In this document: positions 55,201 through 62,640 of the stretch, in pieces
How the letters are laid out: each line of letters starts with the position of its first letter
How positions within the stretch are numbered: the stretch's first letter is position 1
Origin: Schmidtea nova
Taxonomy: Eukaryota
Direction of reading: 5' to 3'
DNA: 64,000 nt
Assembly (NCBI GenBank): GCA_044892505.1
Contig: CM097884.1
Location: 77,996,001-78,060,000 of the forward strand
Notes under the pieces: model-generated
What the model was told of the DNA's origin: nothing
Database searches by the model: none
What the model saw: the letters and a program-made list of their open reading frames with translations, nothing else
Position numbers and translations under genes: made by a program

Positions 55201-57471
55201 ATCTATAAACGAAACAAAAGGCCAAATTTTACAAGACTGATTCAAAACTTCTTTACAAAGATTAGCATCCTAGACATTCTATAACAAAAAATACAAACCA
55301 TCTATCAATATTCAATTCGTACAAAAAATCATGTTTAAAAATTTGAAAGTGAATTAAATTATATTAATAGTTATTCAATAAAATCATTATAAAATATAAA
55401 ATAAATAATTAAGGTTAGTATTTAGGATTAAGTTAATATAAAGATTGTAATACACACTTGATAAAAGCTGTGCCGAAATATCGTGTACCTAACAACCAAA
55501 AAAAATTTTCGATCAATAGTCATGCAAATATTAATATGAAAATTATTGATTTAAATAAAAAGAAGTCAAAGGTGAAACCAAAAGATAATGATGACAAATT
55601 ATTATAATTACATAATCAAAAAGTAATTGTTTTTTATAGACTGTGTATATTAAATGCCATTTAACATAAAAGACTCAAAACTTACCTGCGTCATTTAATT
55701 TAATGCCATTAGATAAAACATAACTTGTATTGAGTCCATAATCAAGCTTCAAAACATTAAGAACAAGTCTCATTAAATTGACTTGAGCGGCATCGCGAAC
55801 TCGTTGATCTAGCCCACTTTCATTCAATAACATAATCGAATCCGATAAGATACTATTCGTTTTATCCGGTTGGGTAATTGAGGTTGACATGCAGTGGAGA
55901 GCATATTTTGCAACGTTGCACCGGTCAAAGGATGCTTTGAAAATATTTTTAATTTCCACTTTAGTTTTCGGCTGAGTTACGAAATCACCCCGGTGATTAA
56001 CGTAACCAATTTGGAGGATTGTCAACATTTCCTGGACGATAAAATCCAAAATTTCCGAAGCAAGAATTTGGACTTTTTTATTTTCGAATATGTCCTCATG
56101 GGAGACTTTAAATCCCGTGTCTGTCACCGGATAATAGGAACACATGAACCAAGTGCACACCATCATTATTGTTTCTAGAGGATTGAAACTCGTAAAGGAA
56201 ACTTTTTCTTCCGCAGTCGGATTCTTTATAAAAATTATTAATTGAAGTGACAGAAAAAAGAAATTCGTTTACTTGATAAAAATTTATTCCTTTTAATGCA
56301 TTGACATGCCTCGACAAAATTTCCAGTATTTTACTTTGATAAAACGCCTTCGCTTTCGGCAAATTACTGTCAGTTTTATTGTTATCGGAATCTAAATCAA
56401 GGGATATTAAATTTTCTAAAACTGGAACGACGATTCCCGGCAATGAACGAAGAATAATACGCAATCTTGAAAGAGAATATAAAACCTGGAAACAATATCA
56501 TGAAGTTATCGGTGTTGAATTAAAGAACAAGAAGTAATAAACCAACCCCATTCGAGTCATAAATAGAACAATAAAGCAACATGTGGCTATGAAGAGGATG
56601 TATTAAATAATTATCGCTAGGAGTATAGTTGCTCTCAATTAAATTGTTGTCTTGATTACCGGATTCTGTTATTTCTTCACATAATTCTGCGGGGTCAATT
56701 GCAAATTCCACGGGATTCGAATGATCTACTGGATGCAACACGTCGTCTGAAACGCAGAAGGGTTTTGATTTTATTCACCTCAATTGCATAATACTGACCA
56801 TCCAAATATGAATCGTTTTCAAGATTTTCTGAAGTTCCTTTTCCGGATACGACATTTGTAATGACTTTTTCCATAGAGACTTGATTATTTTATACACTCA
56901 AATAAAGAATCATGCCAAAATAAAATGCTACCTTTGACATTTGAATCTAAAGAATTGCTGGAGAGCAATTTCGAATTTCTATTGAAATTAGCGTCCGAAT
57001 CATTGTTCTCTGAATTCAGTTCATTGATTCTCTAATAAAGAACTATGTTGATCAAAGCAATCATAGAAACCAAAGTTGTTTTATTATTAAGCATAAGTCG
57101 ATAAAACCCCAAGCCAGACACATAAACCAAAGCAAAAGCTCATTTCCAAAACCAATACCTCAAACGTTAGCGGTAATTCATCGTCGGAACAACTATCGGC
57201 ATCGTCATCTTCTTCAGTAAGAGACAATCTAAAATGCTCTTTTTCATGCTCTTTGCTGTTAACTTTTCCATCAATTTCAGAAGAAATATCAGATTCGTCC
57301 AATGGATTTATGTGTAAGTTAACATTAGGATTTTTATTGTTAGTTAAGCTAGGTTGTTTAAGTAAATGAGATCTTACAAGAGACTCGGTTTTGACACCTT
57401 TAACTATATTTGATGATTTAGATTTTCCCGACACTTCAAACGTTTGAACCAAAGATACCGGTCGAACTTTC
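13059..57471 (-). CDS. DOP1: Dopey family protein (DOP1-like), spliced, 5' part not located
   Basis: Exons 57471-57159, (1-2 poorly resolved), 56746-56547, 56485-56273, 56223-55686, 54263-53924, 50894-50723, 50677-50542, 44959-44571, 44528-44359, 41765-41699, 41656-41338, 41293-41220, 39082-38970, 38922-38711, 38027-37875, 37825-37689, 37638-37592, 33293-33183, 33136-33016, 13370-13059 join with GT-AG and compatible phases. Peptides match Dopey motifs recalled from memory: IHPLHSHMLLY, IAGSSLEQPSWFRR, SYQHTRRSWRKDIFD, LNLFTSKE, KKLAFIIYSS, LTSLWHIF, YLSACKLLDL, KWAF. Confidence 0.9.
17021..17053 (-). ncRNA. Minimal type I hammerhead ribozyme, U3-A8 variant
   Basis: Reverse complement of acac-TTGATAA-a-ggc-tgt-gcc-GAAA-ta-TT-gtgt. 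Confidence 0.7.
17153..19257 (-). CDS. 5'-truncated PLE RT + GIY-YIG ORF (copy 1)
   Basis: Matches copy 2 from IFSKTQENIL to the stop. The MELFYV... start in the track comes from the junction and is not element sequence. Confidence 0.9.
19552..19584 (+). ncRNA. Minimal type I hammerhead ribozyme, U3-A8 variant
   Basis: Stem I acac/gtgt; core UUGAUAA (19556-62); stem II ggc/gcc; GAAA; palindromic AUAU stem III; predicted cut after 19580. Confidence 0.72.
19622..22219 (+). CDS. Intact PLE polyprotein: reverse transcriptase + C-terminal GIY-YIG endonuclease (copy 2)
   Basis: RT motifs SLDVSNLYGSIP, GLAMGNNLSP, RYIDDIF. N-terminal HLHFLKEC...IIPVGL. Endonuclease IVYKLSCQKCDATYIGET with two downstream His (CCHH). 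Confidence 0.96.
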   Translation: MRIIDNNNKKRSKVKKDNYDSILADAHHRVDLSLFYSLKIIKIKSHLHFLKECKRRNIIPVGLTVTNKLESTYPSLQALKLKEKQEKEWLKLSISACYKKLNEFTSFPCAPLTCEDNTCCQNFSKNLDIRKHKKLEKLLSTNSNNTKDTNSHSNSILPFTNKSNHIFSKTQENILALGPSFVPPPNQKDLEKAEIITNASLISLRRQIGYHLKPISSTKSSSLAEKHNHLLDPNRRTYPNMPVFSTELEEKLSCLETKVKTLVREQIIFLEKHCSTQNSFTSNIKKIKNSKDFTILPSDKTNRLIALDTEQYNTLFEEHLSNYEPINKIILPASTQILYNKKLSTLANKQINLQIKDLLLKCNCSEPLPSNMTMLPKDHKSPLKGRPLVSAVDTPSTTLSKVLSEILKTLLPLVPSHLKNTTEFVSEITNTSLPLNSGQQYFWGSLDVSNLYGSIPLHGENNIFDIAASFFETHKANTDLADLTKQDFIELLKLAINSDTVIIKEKPFKQIHGLAMGNNLSPILAIFYMNFIESKIISFFGDKILFWKRYIDDIFIVSTIPLNQILSHANSTNTNIQFTFETPNTEGKIPFLDTMVSFTKGQDTLNANTELYSKGLHSGHILPWKSHVPLQRKIALLIGERKRAIRNCSDANKIQETLENFKIRFLQNGYPEDFVKKHFLNEPYHNKRNNRKRQKYNNNNKHTTYLRLPFLNDTTANKITNIFNQTDLPIHIRPTFITSAPLKSQLRKPPISNISKHKCLCRSTTRCFCFSKNIVYKLSCQKCDATYIGETHRTFRTRLNEHTKIKTSNYYEHWEKVHKTTPSIEETKCQILQEGFKNSLQRLASETFFIKKYKPSINIQFAQKN
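22319..22351 (+). ncRNA. Minimal hammerhead ribozyme, U3-A8 variant
   Basis: Identical motif in the 3' UTR of copy 2. Confidence 0.72.
22449..22525. repeat. (ATT)25 tract between units A and B
   Basis: Pure ATT run joining two element 3' ends. Confidence 0.95.
22576..22608 (-). ncRNA. Minimal hammerhead ribozyme, U3-A8 variant
   Basis: Identical motif, left arm of unit B. Confidence 0.7.
22625..22657 (+). ncRNA. Minimal hammerhead ribozyme, U3-A8 variant
   Basis: Identical motif, right arm of unit B. Confidence 0.7.
22755..22828. repeat. (ATT)24 tract between units B and C
   Basis: Pure ATT run with the same junctions as the first tract. Confidence 0.95.
22879..22911 (-). ncRNA. Minimal hammerhead ribozyme, U3-A8 variant
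   Basis: Identical motif in the 3' UTR of copy 3. Confidence 0.7.
23011..25608 (-). CDS. Intact PLE polyprotein (copy 3)
   Basis: 865 aa; differs from copy 2 at three positions I could see (P to S in FPCAPL, Y to H in KYNNNN, one silent change near 23815). Confidence 0.96.
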   Translation of the reverse strand: MRIIDNNNKKRSKVKKDNYDSILADAHHRVDLSLFYSLKIIKIKSHLHFLKECKRRNIIPVGLTVTNKLESTYPSLQALKLKEKQEKEWLKLSISACYKKLNEFTSFSCAPLTCEDNTCCQNFSKNLDIRKHKKLEKLLSTNSNNTKDTNSHSNSILPFTNKSNHIFSKTQENILALGPSFVPPPNQKDLEKAEIITNASLISLRRQIGYHLKPISSTKSSSLAEKHNHLLDPNRRTYPNMPVFSTELEEKLSCLETKVKTLVREQIIFLEKHCSTQNSFTSNIKKIKNSKDFTILPSDKTNRLIALDTEQYNTLFEEHLSNYEPINKIILPASTQILYNKKLSTLANKQINLQIKDLLLKCNCSEPLPSNMTMLPKDHKSPLKGRPLVSAVDTPSTTLSKVLSEILKTLLPLVPSHLKNTTEFVSEITNTSLPLNSGQQYFWGSLDVSNLYGSIPLHGENNIFDIAASFFETHKANTDLADLTKQDFIELLKLAINSDTVIIKEKPFKQIHGLAMGNNLSPILAIFYMNFIESKIISFFGDKILFWKRYIDDIFIVSTIPLNQILSHANSTNTNIQFTFETPNTEGKIPFLDTMVSFTKGQDTLNANTELYSKGLHSGHILPWKSHVPLQRKIALLIGERKRAIRNCSDANKIQETLENFKIRFLQNGYPEDFVKKHFLNEPYHNKRNNRKRQKHNNNNKHTTYLRLPFLNDTTANKITNIFNQTDLPIHIRPTFITSAPLKSQLRKPPISNISKHKCLCRSTTRCFCFSKNIVYKLSCQKCDATYIGETHRTFRTRLNEHTKIKTSNYYEHWEKVHKTTPSIEETKCQILQEGFKNSLQRLASETFFIKKYKPSINIQFAQKN
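26107..26139 (+). ncRNA. Minimal hammerhead ribozyme, U3-A8 variant
   Basis: Identical motif, right arm of unit C. Confidence 0.7.
26237..26278. repeat. (ATT)14 tract at the right end of the array
   Basis: Follows the same ...gataattatgat element end. Confidence 0.95.
26299..29133 (-). mobile_element. Internally deleted Ty3/Gypsy-like LTR retrotransposon with duplicated 3' end
   Basis: 5' LTR 29133-28848 starts TG; PBS TGGCGACC at 28847-28840; gag-like ORF; RT fragment (YFTTLDLGNAFCQV...KTAFST); integrase tail (FSIGDLVLVKK); PPT gggaggga; LTR-like copies at about 26870-27131 and 26299-26569. Confidence 0.85.
28273..28848 (-). CDS. Gypsy gag-like ORF
   Basis: PEIFEIGNDIDKFIEETERFF...YRRGEDTTAEFFRKVERLA; starts at the PBS. 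Confidence 0.7.
   Translation of the reverse strand: MATRPMLQFIRPPEIFEIGNDIDKFIEETERFFELTQTAEEHRGIFVKAFLSIEATRKYEETEHEENYKTRMQSACTSPSNLGNDLNKALFYRRGEDTTAEFFRKVERLAKNILHHKLQEEDLKIFLIQNALDDQELKKDLKMQGLSTFEEIKVRITRNNDVKKEIEVESVALIQKKNTFANVANIKSGQS
29134..30075 (+). pseudogene. Degenerate pogo/Tigger (CENP-B-like, DDE_1) transposase
   Basis: EKALFVWI..., FSASTEWLNGF, QVFNTDETG, NKKAWVT, PNTTSIIQPLDQGII, with stops and frameshifts. Confidence 0.88.
30105..31316 (+). mobile_element. 3' fragment of a second PLE family (RT thumb + GIY-YIG + 3' UTR)
   Basis: LLLKNGYSKSF, YVLVLPYSEG, LVYQF*CNGCNATYIGETARHLCTRVLEH, EALLIRYFNPKINDQ; ends at (TA)30. Confidence 0.88.
31211..31249 (+). ncRNA. Minimal type I hammerhead ribozyme, canonical core
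   Basis: ugc-CUGACGA-a-gauug-uuaua-caauc-GAAA-uaua-UC-gcg; palindromic AUAUAU stem III; predicted cut after 31246. Confidence 0.85.
31317..31376. repeat. (TA)30 microsatellite
   Basis: Direct reading. Confidence 0.95.
32050..32760 (+). pseudogene. Degenerate mariner transposase
   Basis: LVESDPRQSIQEL...WLSNNLS; GDDEKWVLHSN; HQDNERTH. Confidence 0.75.
33016..33293 (-). CDS. DOP1: Two DOP1-like exons separated by a 46-bp intron
   Basis: RLNMYLSACKLLDL...VPQFL|YYKWAF...FRPF; splice sites at 33182 and 33137. Confidence 0.9.
35340..36180 (-). mobile_element. Deleted Tigger/pogo-like element
   Basis: ISLETKTKILDRL...YGMNEANIRSMK helix-turn-helix; MEKALLIWIEDQTQKRLP; ccgtgtaaatcgaaaccgtgtaaat terminal-type motifs. 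Boundaries approximate. Confidence 0.65.
36472..37130 (+). mobile_element. Degenerate pogo-like element
   Basis: TA-cagtcgactccgcttataag terminus and a decayed HTH-like frame. Boundaries approximate. Confidence 0.4.
37592..39082 (-). CDS. DOP1: Five DOP1-like exons
   Basis: HLASIIDVTYKSEEKEKV, RRSWRKDIFDLLF, IDNLMTQDK, LNLFTSKEAEYDQ, ESLRL...FRVLLMRISHQHLTSLW; several 46-50 bp introns. Confidence 0.92.
40369..41000 (+). mobile_element. 3' fragment of PLE family 1 with hammerhead (40888-40920)
   Basis: ORF 40377-40793 nearly identical to the C-terminus of copy 2; UTR, ribozyme and ORF start follow; 3' end lost in a gap. Confidence 0.92.
41220..41765 (-). CDS. DOP1: Three DOP1-like exons
   Basis: KREQREIQ|DICQKVLENIAIIAGSSLEQPSWFRR; LQALNLLTM. 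Confidence 0.88.
42090..42338. mobile_element. Old fold-back mini-unit of PLE family 1 with 12-bp direct repeats
   Basis: Minus arm (tttcacctttgacc...gatatttcggctcagcctttatcgagtg) joined head-to-head with a plus arm (cacacttgataaaaactgtacc...gatctatagtcat...aaaattattga); tacatcaatata at 42090-42101 and 42327-42338. Confidence 0.7.
44359..44959 (-). CDS. DOP1: Two DOP1-like exons
   Basis: MGRPDKVRQMILSIIKPL...; LLKENISTLPPTAAFILL. Confidence 0.85.
45130..46070 (-). pseudogene. Degenerate mariner transposase
   Basis: RFESGRESVKDESR, then STSKTDKNNDKIKAMSIENNKMTVNEIVE; later ITMVLFI-like segment. Confidence 0.75.
46446..49893 (+). mobile_element. Full-length hAT/Charlie transposon with broken transposase
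   Basis: TIRs caggggtggccaa / ttgggcacccctg; 8-bp TSD ctctaagt / ctataagt; motifs LSRNTVVRR, DESTDISDTAQL, YHCIIHQQVL, FGSTYLCKSAFS. Confidence 0.92.
50298..50365 (+). other. tRNA-derived (SINE head or tRNA pseudogene) Pol III-like motif
   Basis: A-box-like tgacagagtgg and B-box ggttcaattcc at tRNA-like spacing; no clean cloverleaf. Confidence 0.4.
50542..50894 (-). CDS. DOP1: Two DOP1-like exons
   Basis: PLDYSLSTLSCLKAVCHFLLLD; HILEARNKMIKLM...LLILWE; 45-bp intron. Confidence 0.85.
51700..52400 (+). pseudogene. Degenerate mariner transposase
   Basis: PPYSTYLAISDFYLFNHLKK...NLITH*KKCVDANGNYF. Confidence 0.8.
52677..52878. mobile_element. hAT-type MITE
   Basis: TIRs tagtggttcttaacc / ggttaagaaccactg; perfect 8-bp TSD gtctagag. 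Confidence 0.9.
53095..53181 (-). mobile_element. Highly decayed PLE family 1 ribozyme/tail remnant
   Basis: Reverse complement reads acttgataaaagctgtatcgaaa...gatctattgt. Confidence 0.5.
53924..54263 (-). CDS. DOP1: DOP1-like exon
   Basis: cag| acceptor in phase 1, AA|gttagt donor in phase 2; KKLCKNI resembles the Dopey QLCRNL segment. Confidence 0.8.
54890..55600 (+). mobile_element. Older 3' fragment of PLE family 1 with hammerhead (55453-55487)
   Basis: Homologous to the copy 2 C-terminus with stops; tacac-TTGATAA-aagctgtgcc-GAAA-ta-TC-gtgta; ends near gtgaaaccaaaagataatgatg. Confidence 0.88.
55686..57471 (-). CDS. DOP1: Cluster of DOP1-like exons
   Basis: IHPLHSHMLLYCSIYDS|VLYSLSRLRIILR; CTWFMCSYYP; donor G|gtaag at 55685. 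Confidence 0.8.
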
Positions 57472-58849
57472 TAGTAAATTATTTTGTAAAATATGAATAA
57501 AACTGTTTCCAAATTAAAATGAAAACGGAATAAAAAATCAAATCTAATTTTATGATCAAATATCGAAATATTAAATAAATTTAATATTTTTAATTTTTAA
57601 TTCCATAATATTAAGAATTTTATTACATAATAAAAATTAATTTATTAATTAATATAAATTAATTTAGTACATAACATAAAGTATTTTATTAAATAATATA
57701 AAGTATTGTATTCCATAATACATTGATTCTTAAAAAGTGGTACACAACCCCTTAGGGTGTGTGTGAGAATATCTTGGGGTGTGTAGTTGTAATTTTGAAA
57801 ATTCACCGTTAAATTTAAGTGAAGTTAATAAAATAAAAAGCTAAAATTAAAAATTCATTTTTGTTAAAAAAAATTATTATTATTCACTAATTCCCCGATT
57901 CCCAAACATAATTGAGCAAGAACATGAACAAGATCATTAACCATACATCTATATTTCAGATAAGAATTAATATTTACTATAAATAATACTGTTTAATTTA
58001 ATTTTGGGGAAGTTATGCCAGAATATTCTTTGACAATTTTAGGGTTACCGATAGCGAAAAAGGTTAAGAACCCCTGGCATAAGATAAAGTGGTTTATTAC
58101 ATAATATTATTTTTTTTTAATTAATATTATTAGATATTTATAAGGCAATTTTGATTATAAAGCCGTCCATAAATAACGACACGCAATTTTGATCGATTTT
58201 TGCCCCCTCCCTCTCGTCACAGGACGTCAAAAAATGGCAACCCCTCAAATATGACGTCACACAATTTATTTTTATCCATCATTAGGAGTGAATTCCCTGT
58301 AAATAATTATTTACGAATTGGTATTATAAATTTTAATTAATTAATTTGATATTAGTATAATGATCAAAGTTCAGTTTATTAAAATTCAACTAAAATCGCC
58401 TACATTAAAATTTTTTTAGAAATAAAAAATATTTGCGCTTGAATTCTCTTGCTGATGAAGAAAGTTAAAGTGAAATTTAATTAAAATTTAATTCCTACTG
58501 TTGACATCTAGTCAAAAATGTCTGCCCTTCCCCCTAGGAGCGTGACGTCATTTATGGACGGGCCCTTAGGAATAATAAATTTGTCAATCAATATACATAA
58601 ATTTAATCTAAATTGAATTTTAATTATTTCATTTCCCTATAAAATAATTTAGCAAAAAATAACACTTAATGTCTGAAAAAATAAAGCCAAGATTTTAGTT
58701 ATCATCGGAAATTTTCAGGTTGGTTTTGATATTATGCCGATATGGAAAAATATAAATGCAAAATTTTTGAATGCTTCAATTTTCCATATGAATTTGTTCA
58801 TAAATGACGAATAAAATCTTTGAAGGAGTTACTGACGAAATAAGTCTTG

Positions 58850-59600
58850 GAAATAAAAAAAGGTCCAAAATTTAAATCCCACTGTATCTCAACTATAATA
58901 TTTAGTGATATTTCTCTTACGCAAAAAGGAAAAAGTGATCGTTTGAGTGAATTCGGCATTAAAATATCCCAATCATTCGTATCTATCGTGCAACAAGAAA
59001 TAAATCCTCCTCAGATTCTTGATTTCAGACGCCAGTTGTCTAGATGAAATGCATATAATTACGGAAAATTTAATTTATCTTGTGGAGACTGGCTTAAATT
59101 CATACATTTAATAATTATGGATTCTCAGTGCGAAATACCAAGGTGTATCATTACCAGTAAATAGATGTCAAAATGCCAGTCTTGCTGCCACTATATCAAT
59201 AACTGGGGTAATTGTCAAGGAGCTTAATGATGGATCCTATAATGGACATTTATTCATAACATTCATGATAAAAAGCTCATATACTATTTTAACTATCAGA
59301 AATAGTACATTAATTATGGATAAATGTCGCTTTCATCATAAGAACAATGTACTAAGGTTACTAAGTGGGAAAATATATTCTCTTTAAGTCCCTTCTTGTT
59401 TGTTCTTGTCGTTTAAACCCAATAGAGGAATTTCCTGGTAAAAGCGAACTATAAGTTAATAAGGTCATTATCAAAAACAAGACAAGAGATTAAATAACTT
59501 GTAAACAAGGTGCTTGAAAATAGGAAGTTTTTTCAGAGAACTCGTATTAATATTGAATCGGTATAGGTCACTTGTTTTTGTGCTGTAATAAATTATAAAT
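58850..59600 (+). pseudogene. Degenerate IS630-Tc1 family transposase
   Basis: IYLVETGLNLHT, LIMDKCRFHH, LNPIEE motifs with frameshifts. Confidence 0.7.
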
Positions 59601-60266
59601 ATAATGATTCGGCGACTACAGGAATAAGAAATTTATTCTATCAAAAGTATTTTAGTCAATAATAAGGGTTTGTGCATTGGAACTACAGATATTATACTTT
59701 ATATTAAGTAATAAATTTATATATATATATTAGGTAATAAAGTACTTTTTAATATTGAAAAGCCCTATACTAAAATAAAGTTATACAATAATATAACCCT
59801 TTCGTTGATTGGTTGTATATGAAGTNNNNNNNNNNNNNNNNNNNNNNNNNNNNNNNNNNNNNNNNNNNNNNNNNNNNNNNNNNNNNNNNNNNNNNNNNNN
59901 NNNNNNNNNNNNNNNNNNNNNNNNNNNNNNNNNNNNNNNNNNNNNNNNNNNNNNNNNNNNNNNNNNNNNNNNNNNNNNNNNNNNNNNNNNNNNNNNNNNN
60001 NNNNNNNNNNNNNNNNNNNNNNNNNNNNNNNNNNNNNNNNNNNNNNNNNNNNTTAATTATACTATTTGGATTTTGGATAATGTCTCAAAGTTGAAATAGA
60101 ATTTTACATAAAATAAACCTTTCTAAATTAAATCTACAACAAACTGACAATTTCAGTGTCACACCCACGTGAAATCAAATGTTTCCCTATAATAAGACCC
60201 GGGGGGATTTGAAACGATTCTTGATAGGTTCAGTATCCGTTTATATGTGCATCTAACTGTATGACA

Positions 60267-60583
60267 CAGGAGTGGGCAAACTTTTTAGTACAAGGGCCGC
60301 ATACATAGTTTCACAATTTTGAGGGGCTGCATAGTATAAAAGTGAAATAATTAATATTGATAATAGCTACAAAATAGAAGGTTTTTGAAGAAAAAACAAT
60401 GTTCCTCCATTTACTATTTTAAGGTTGAAAGGTACATTAAACATATTTGCTTGAAAAATAAAGAAACTCTGATGAAACTTTATTTTTTATTTTTTAAAAG
60501 AAATCTAACTTGGTCTTAGCGGGCCACATAAAAATATTATTCGGGCCGCATGCGGCCCGCGGGCCGTAGTTTGCCCATCCCTG
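60267..60583. mobile_element. hAT/Charlie MITE
   Basis: TIRs caggagtgggcaaact / agtttgcccatccctg; TSD gtatgaca / gtataaca. Confidence 0.9.
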
Positions 60584-61077
60584 GTATAACAGATATGTAA
60601 GTGTAAAATATGCACTGTAAATGCATCGAGTATTATGCACAACGTTTTACTATTAGCAGATTCAATTAGGAAATAGAGTATTTTACTATATAAAATTTTC
60701 AAAATGCATCTGATAGAAGCAGAAAATTTGTACGTGACATTCACGTGACATTATGGGCGGTTTGATTAAAAATATTAGAACTTGAAATTGGGTGTTCATT
60801 TGTAAGTTTAATGGATGTAGATAGATCCGAATACATTTAATAGCCGTTATAGCTGTTGTGTTGTGCATAGAAACTGTATGCTACTATTAAGCTGCTCCTA
60901 AACACTGTGTTACTATAATTTGCACTTGTGCAGATATTTGAAAACAAATTTTTTAAATCGATTCATCATGAGATTCATCAATTAGTAGCTCATTTATTTT
61001 TATTGTTTGCAAATATTAGAACAGAAATAATTTTGGTCTATTGTCTATAAAATCAAGAAAAATAATTATTTTAATTA

Positions 61078-61259
61078 TATAGGGTTTTTCGATCTATTTG
61101 GATTTTTTCCGATCATTTTGGAATTTAATTAATTAATTTATTAATTGATTTAATATTTTTCAATCAATTTCGATATTTTATCAATAATTTTGGAATATCC
61201 TAAATTAATTTAATTCCAAAATGATCGGAAAAAATCCAAATAGATCGAAAAACCCTATA
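61078..61259. repeat. Fold-back MITE with perfect 48-bp inverted repeats
   Basis: 61078-61125 is the reverse complement of 61212-61259. Confidence 0.85.
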
Positions 61260-62329
61260 ATTAATAATTTAATCAAGATGCTACCATAGAGAAAAATGAA
61301 TATTAATTTTAATTATTAAAAATCACAAATTTTGACAACGAAATAAGCTTGCAATAGACTTCATCTCAATATACATTTACCGTTGATTGAATGTTGGGAA
61401 CGCCTATTAAAAATGCAAAATAATTACTTTATGAACTTTATTTTAGGAAAAATCATATTTAATTGTACAACATAAATATGAGACGGACAGCGATTAGATC
61501 ATTGACATGATTTGCTGCTTATTAGAAATATTTTTGTACACGAAACATTCTTTTAATTTTTATTTTTTTCGAAAATATTAAAATAAAAAATTGGTTTATT
61601 GTTGAAAAATAATAACAATGAAAATTCCAATGTACTTTTATCTAACAGAAGTAAAAACGCATTTCACACAAAACAGAAAATTTTACAAGAATAACTGTTT
61701 ATGTAAATTAAGTTTTCTTCTCGACCATATAATGGATGGCTTGACATTTTTGCCCTTTTTTAATGGAATAAGATGGCTCGCTTTTTACTCTGGAATCCCA
61801 ACTGGGCAACCAATTTTGCATTCCCTTATCTGTGCTTCTAGCAATATTGCCATTGTCATTTTCAATCAAATTGTCAAATATATTTCCAACAATTTGATCA
61901 TCGTTTTTCTTCGGTATTTACGCAAGCACTAACCTCGTCAACAGTTTCTATCATTTGACATCTATTACCATGTTTGATCTGGCTTCAATTATAAGTTCAT
62001 GCACTAATTCATTTAAAATATCAATGAATTCAGAATGTTAGACCATTTCATCAACAGAAGGTACTTTACAGTTATCTGGAATACCAAAATAAATTTATAA
62101 TTTCGCCTATTAATATCTTCTATCTATTTAATTCTGTTTAACTTCACAAAAAGTTGAAAATGTACAAAACTCTCTGGAGACTCCCAACAAACAAAGAGTA
62201 TGTGGTGGAATTTTTTCAAAAGCAAGGATTAATGGCGGAGGAATGCCAAAGTCGAAAAAACCATCCATTGAAGTTTCACTTTCTCGACCGATTTTTTTTT
62301 GGAAATGCAACACTGATCCCTGAAAAATA

Positions 62330-62640
62330 AGATCAACATCAAGAATGGCATCTTGTTCACGAATTCATTTCTTGCTCGATTCATCTACGCAAGGGCTTTT
62401 GAGAGAACTTAAATCCAGTGGTGCCAACAAGAGCTGGAGATCAACAAGGACACTGTTGTGGATTGGAACAACTATATAAAGCAAGCATATCAGGATTTAA
62501 AACGACATGAAGTGGCTCAAGAGAAGTTTGGTTGAGATGGCTTCATCATCGAAATAGACGAGTCGCTCTTCATCAAAAACAAGAACAACGCTGGAAGAGT
62601 ATCACCACAACAATTCAGAGGAATCTGTTCAGAAATGTGT
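62330..62640 (+). pseudogene. Merlin (IS1016/ISXO2-like) transposase fragment
   Basis: TVVDWNNY...FG*DGFIIEIDESLFIKNKNNAGRV. Confidence 0.8.

Noticed and set aside
61740-62320. Decayed minus-strand coding-like stretch
   Set aside because: Multiple stops and no motif I can name.
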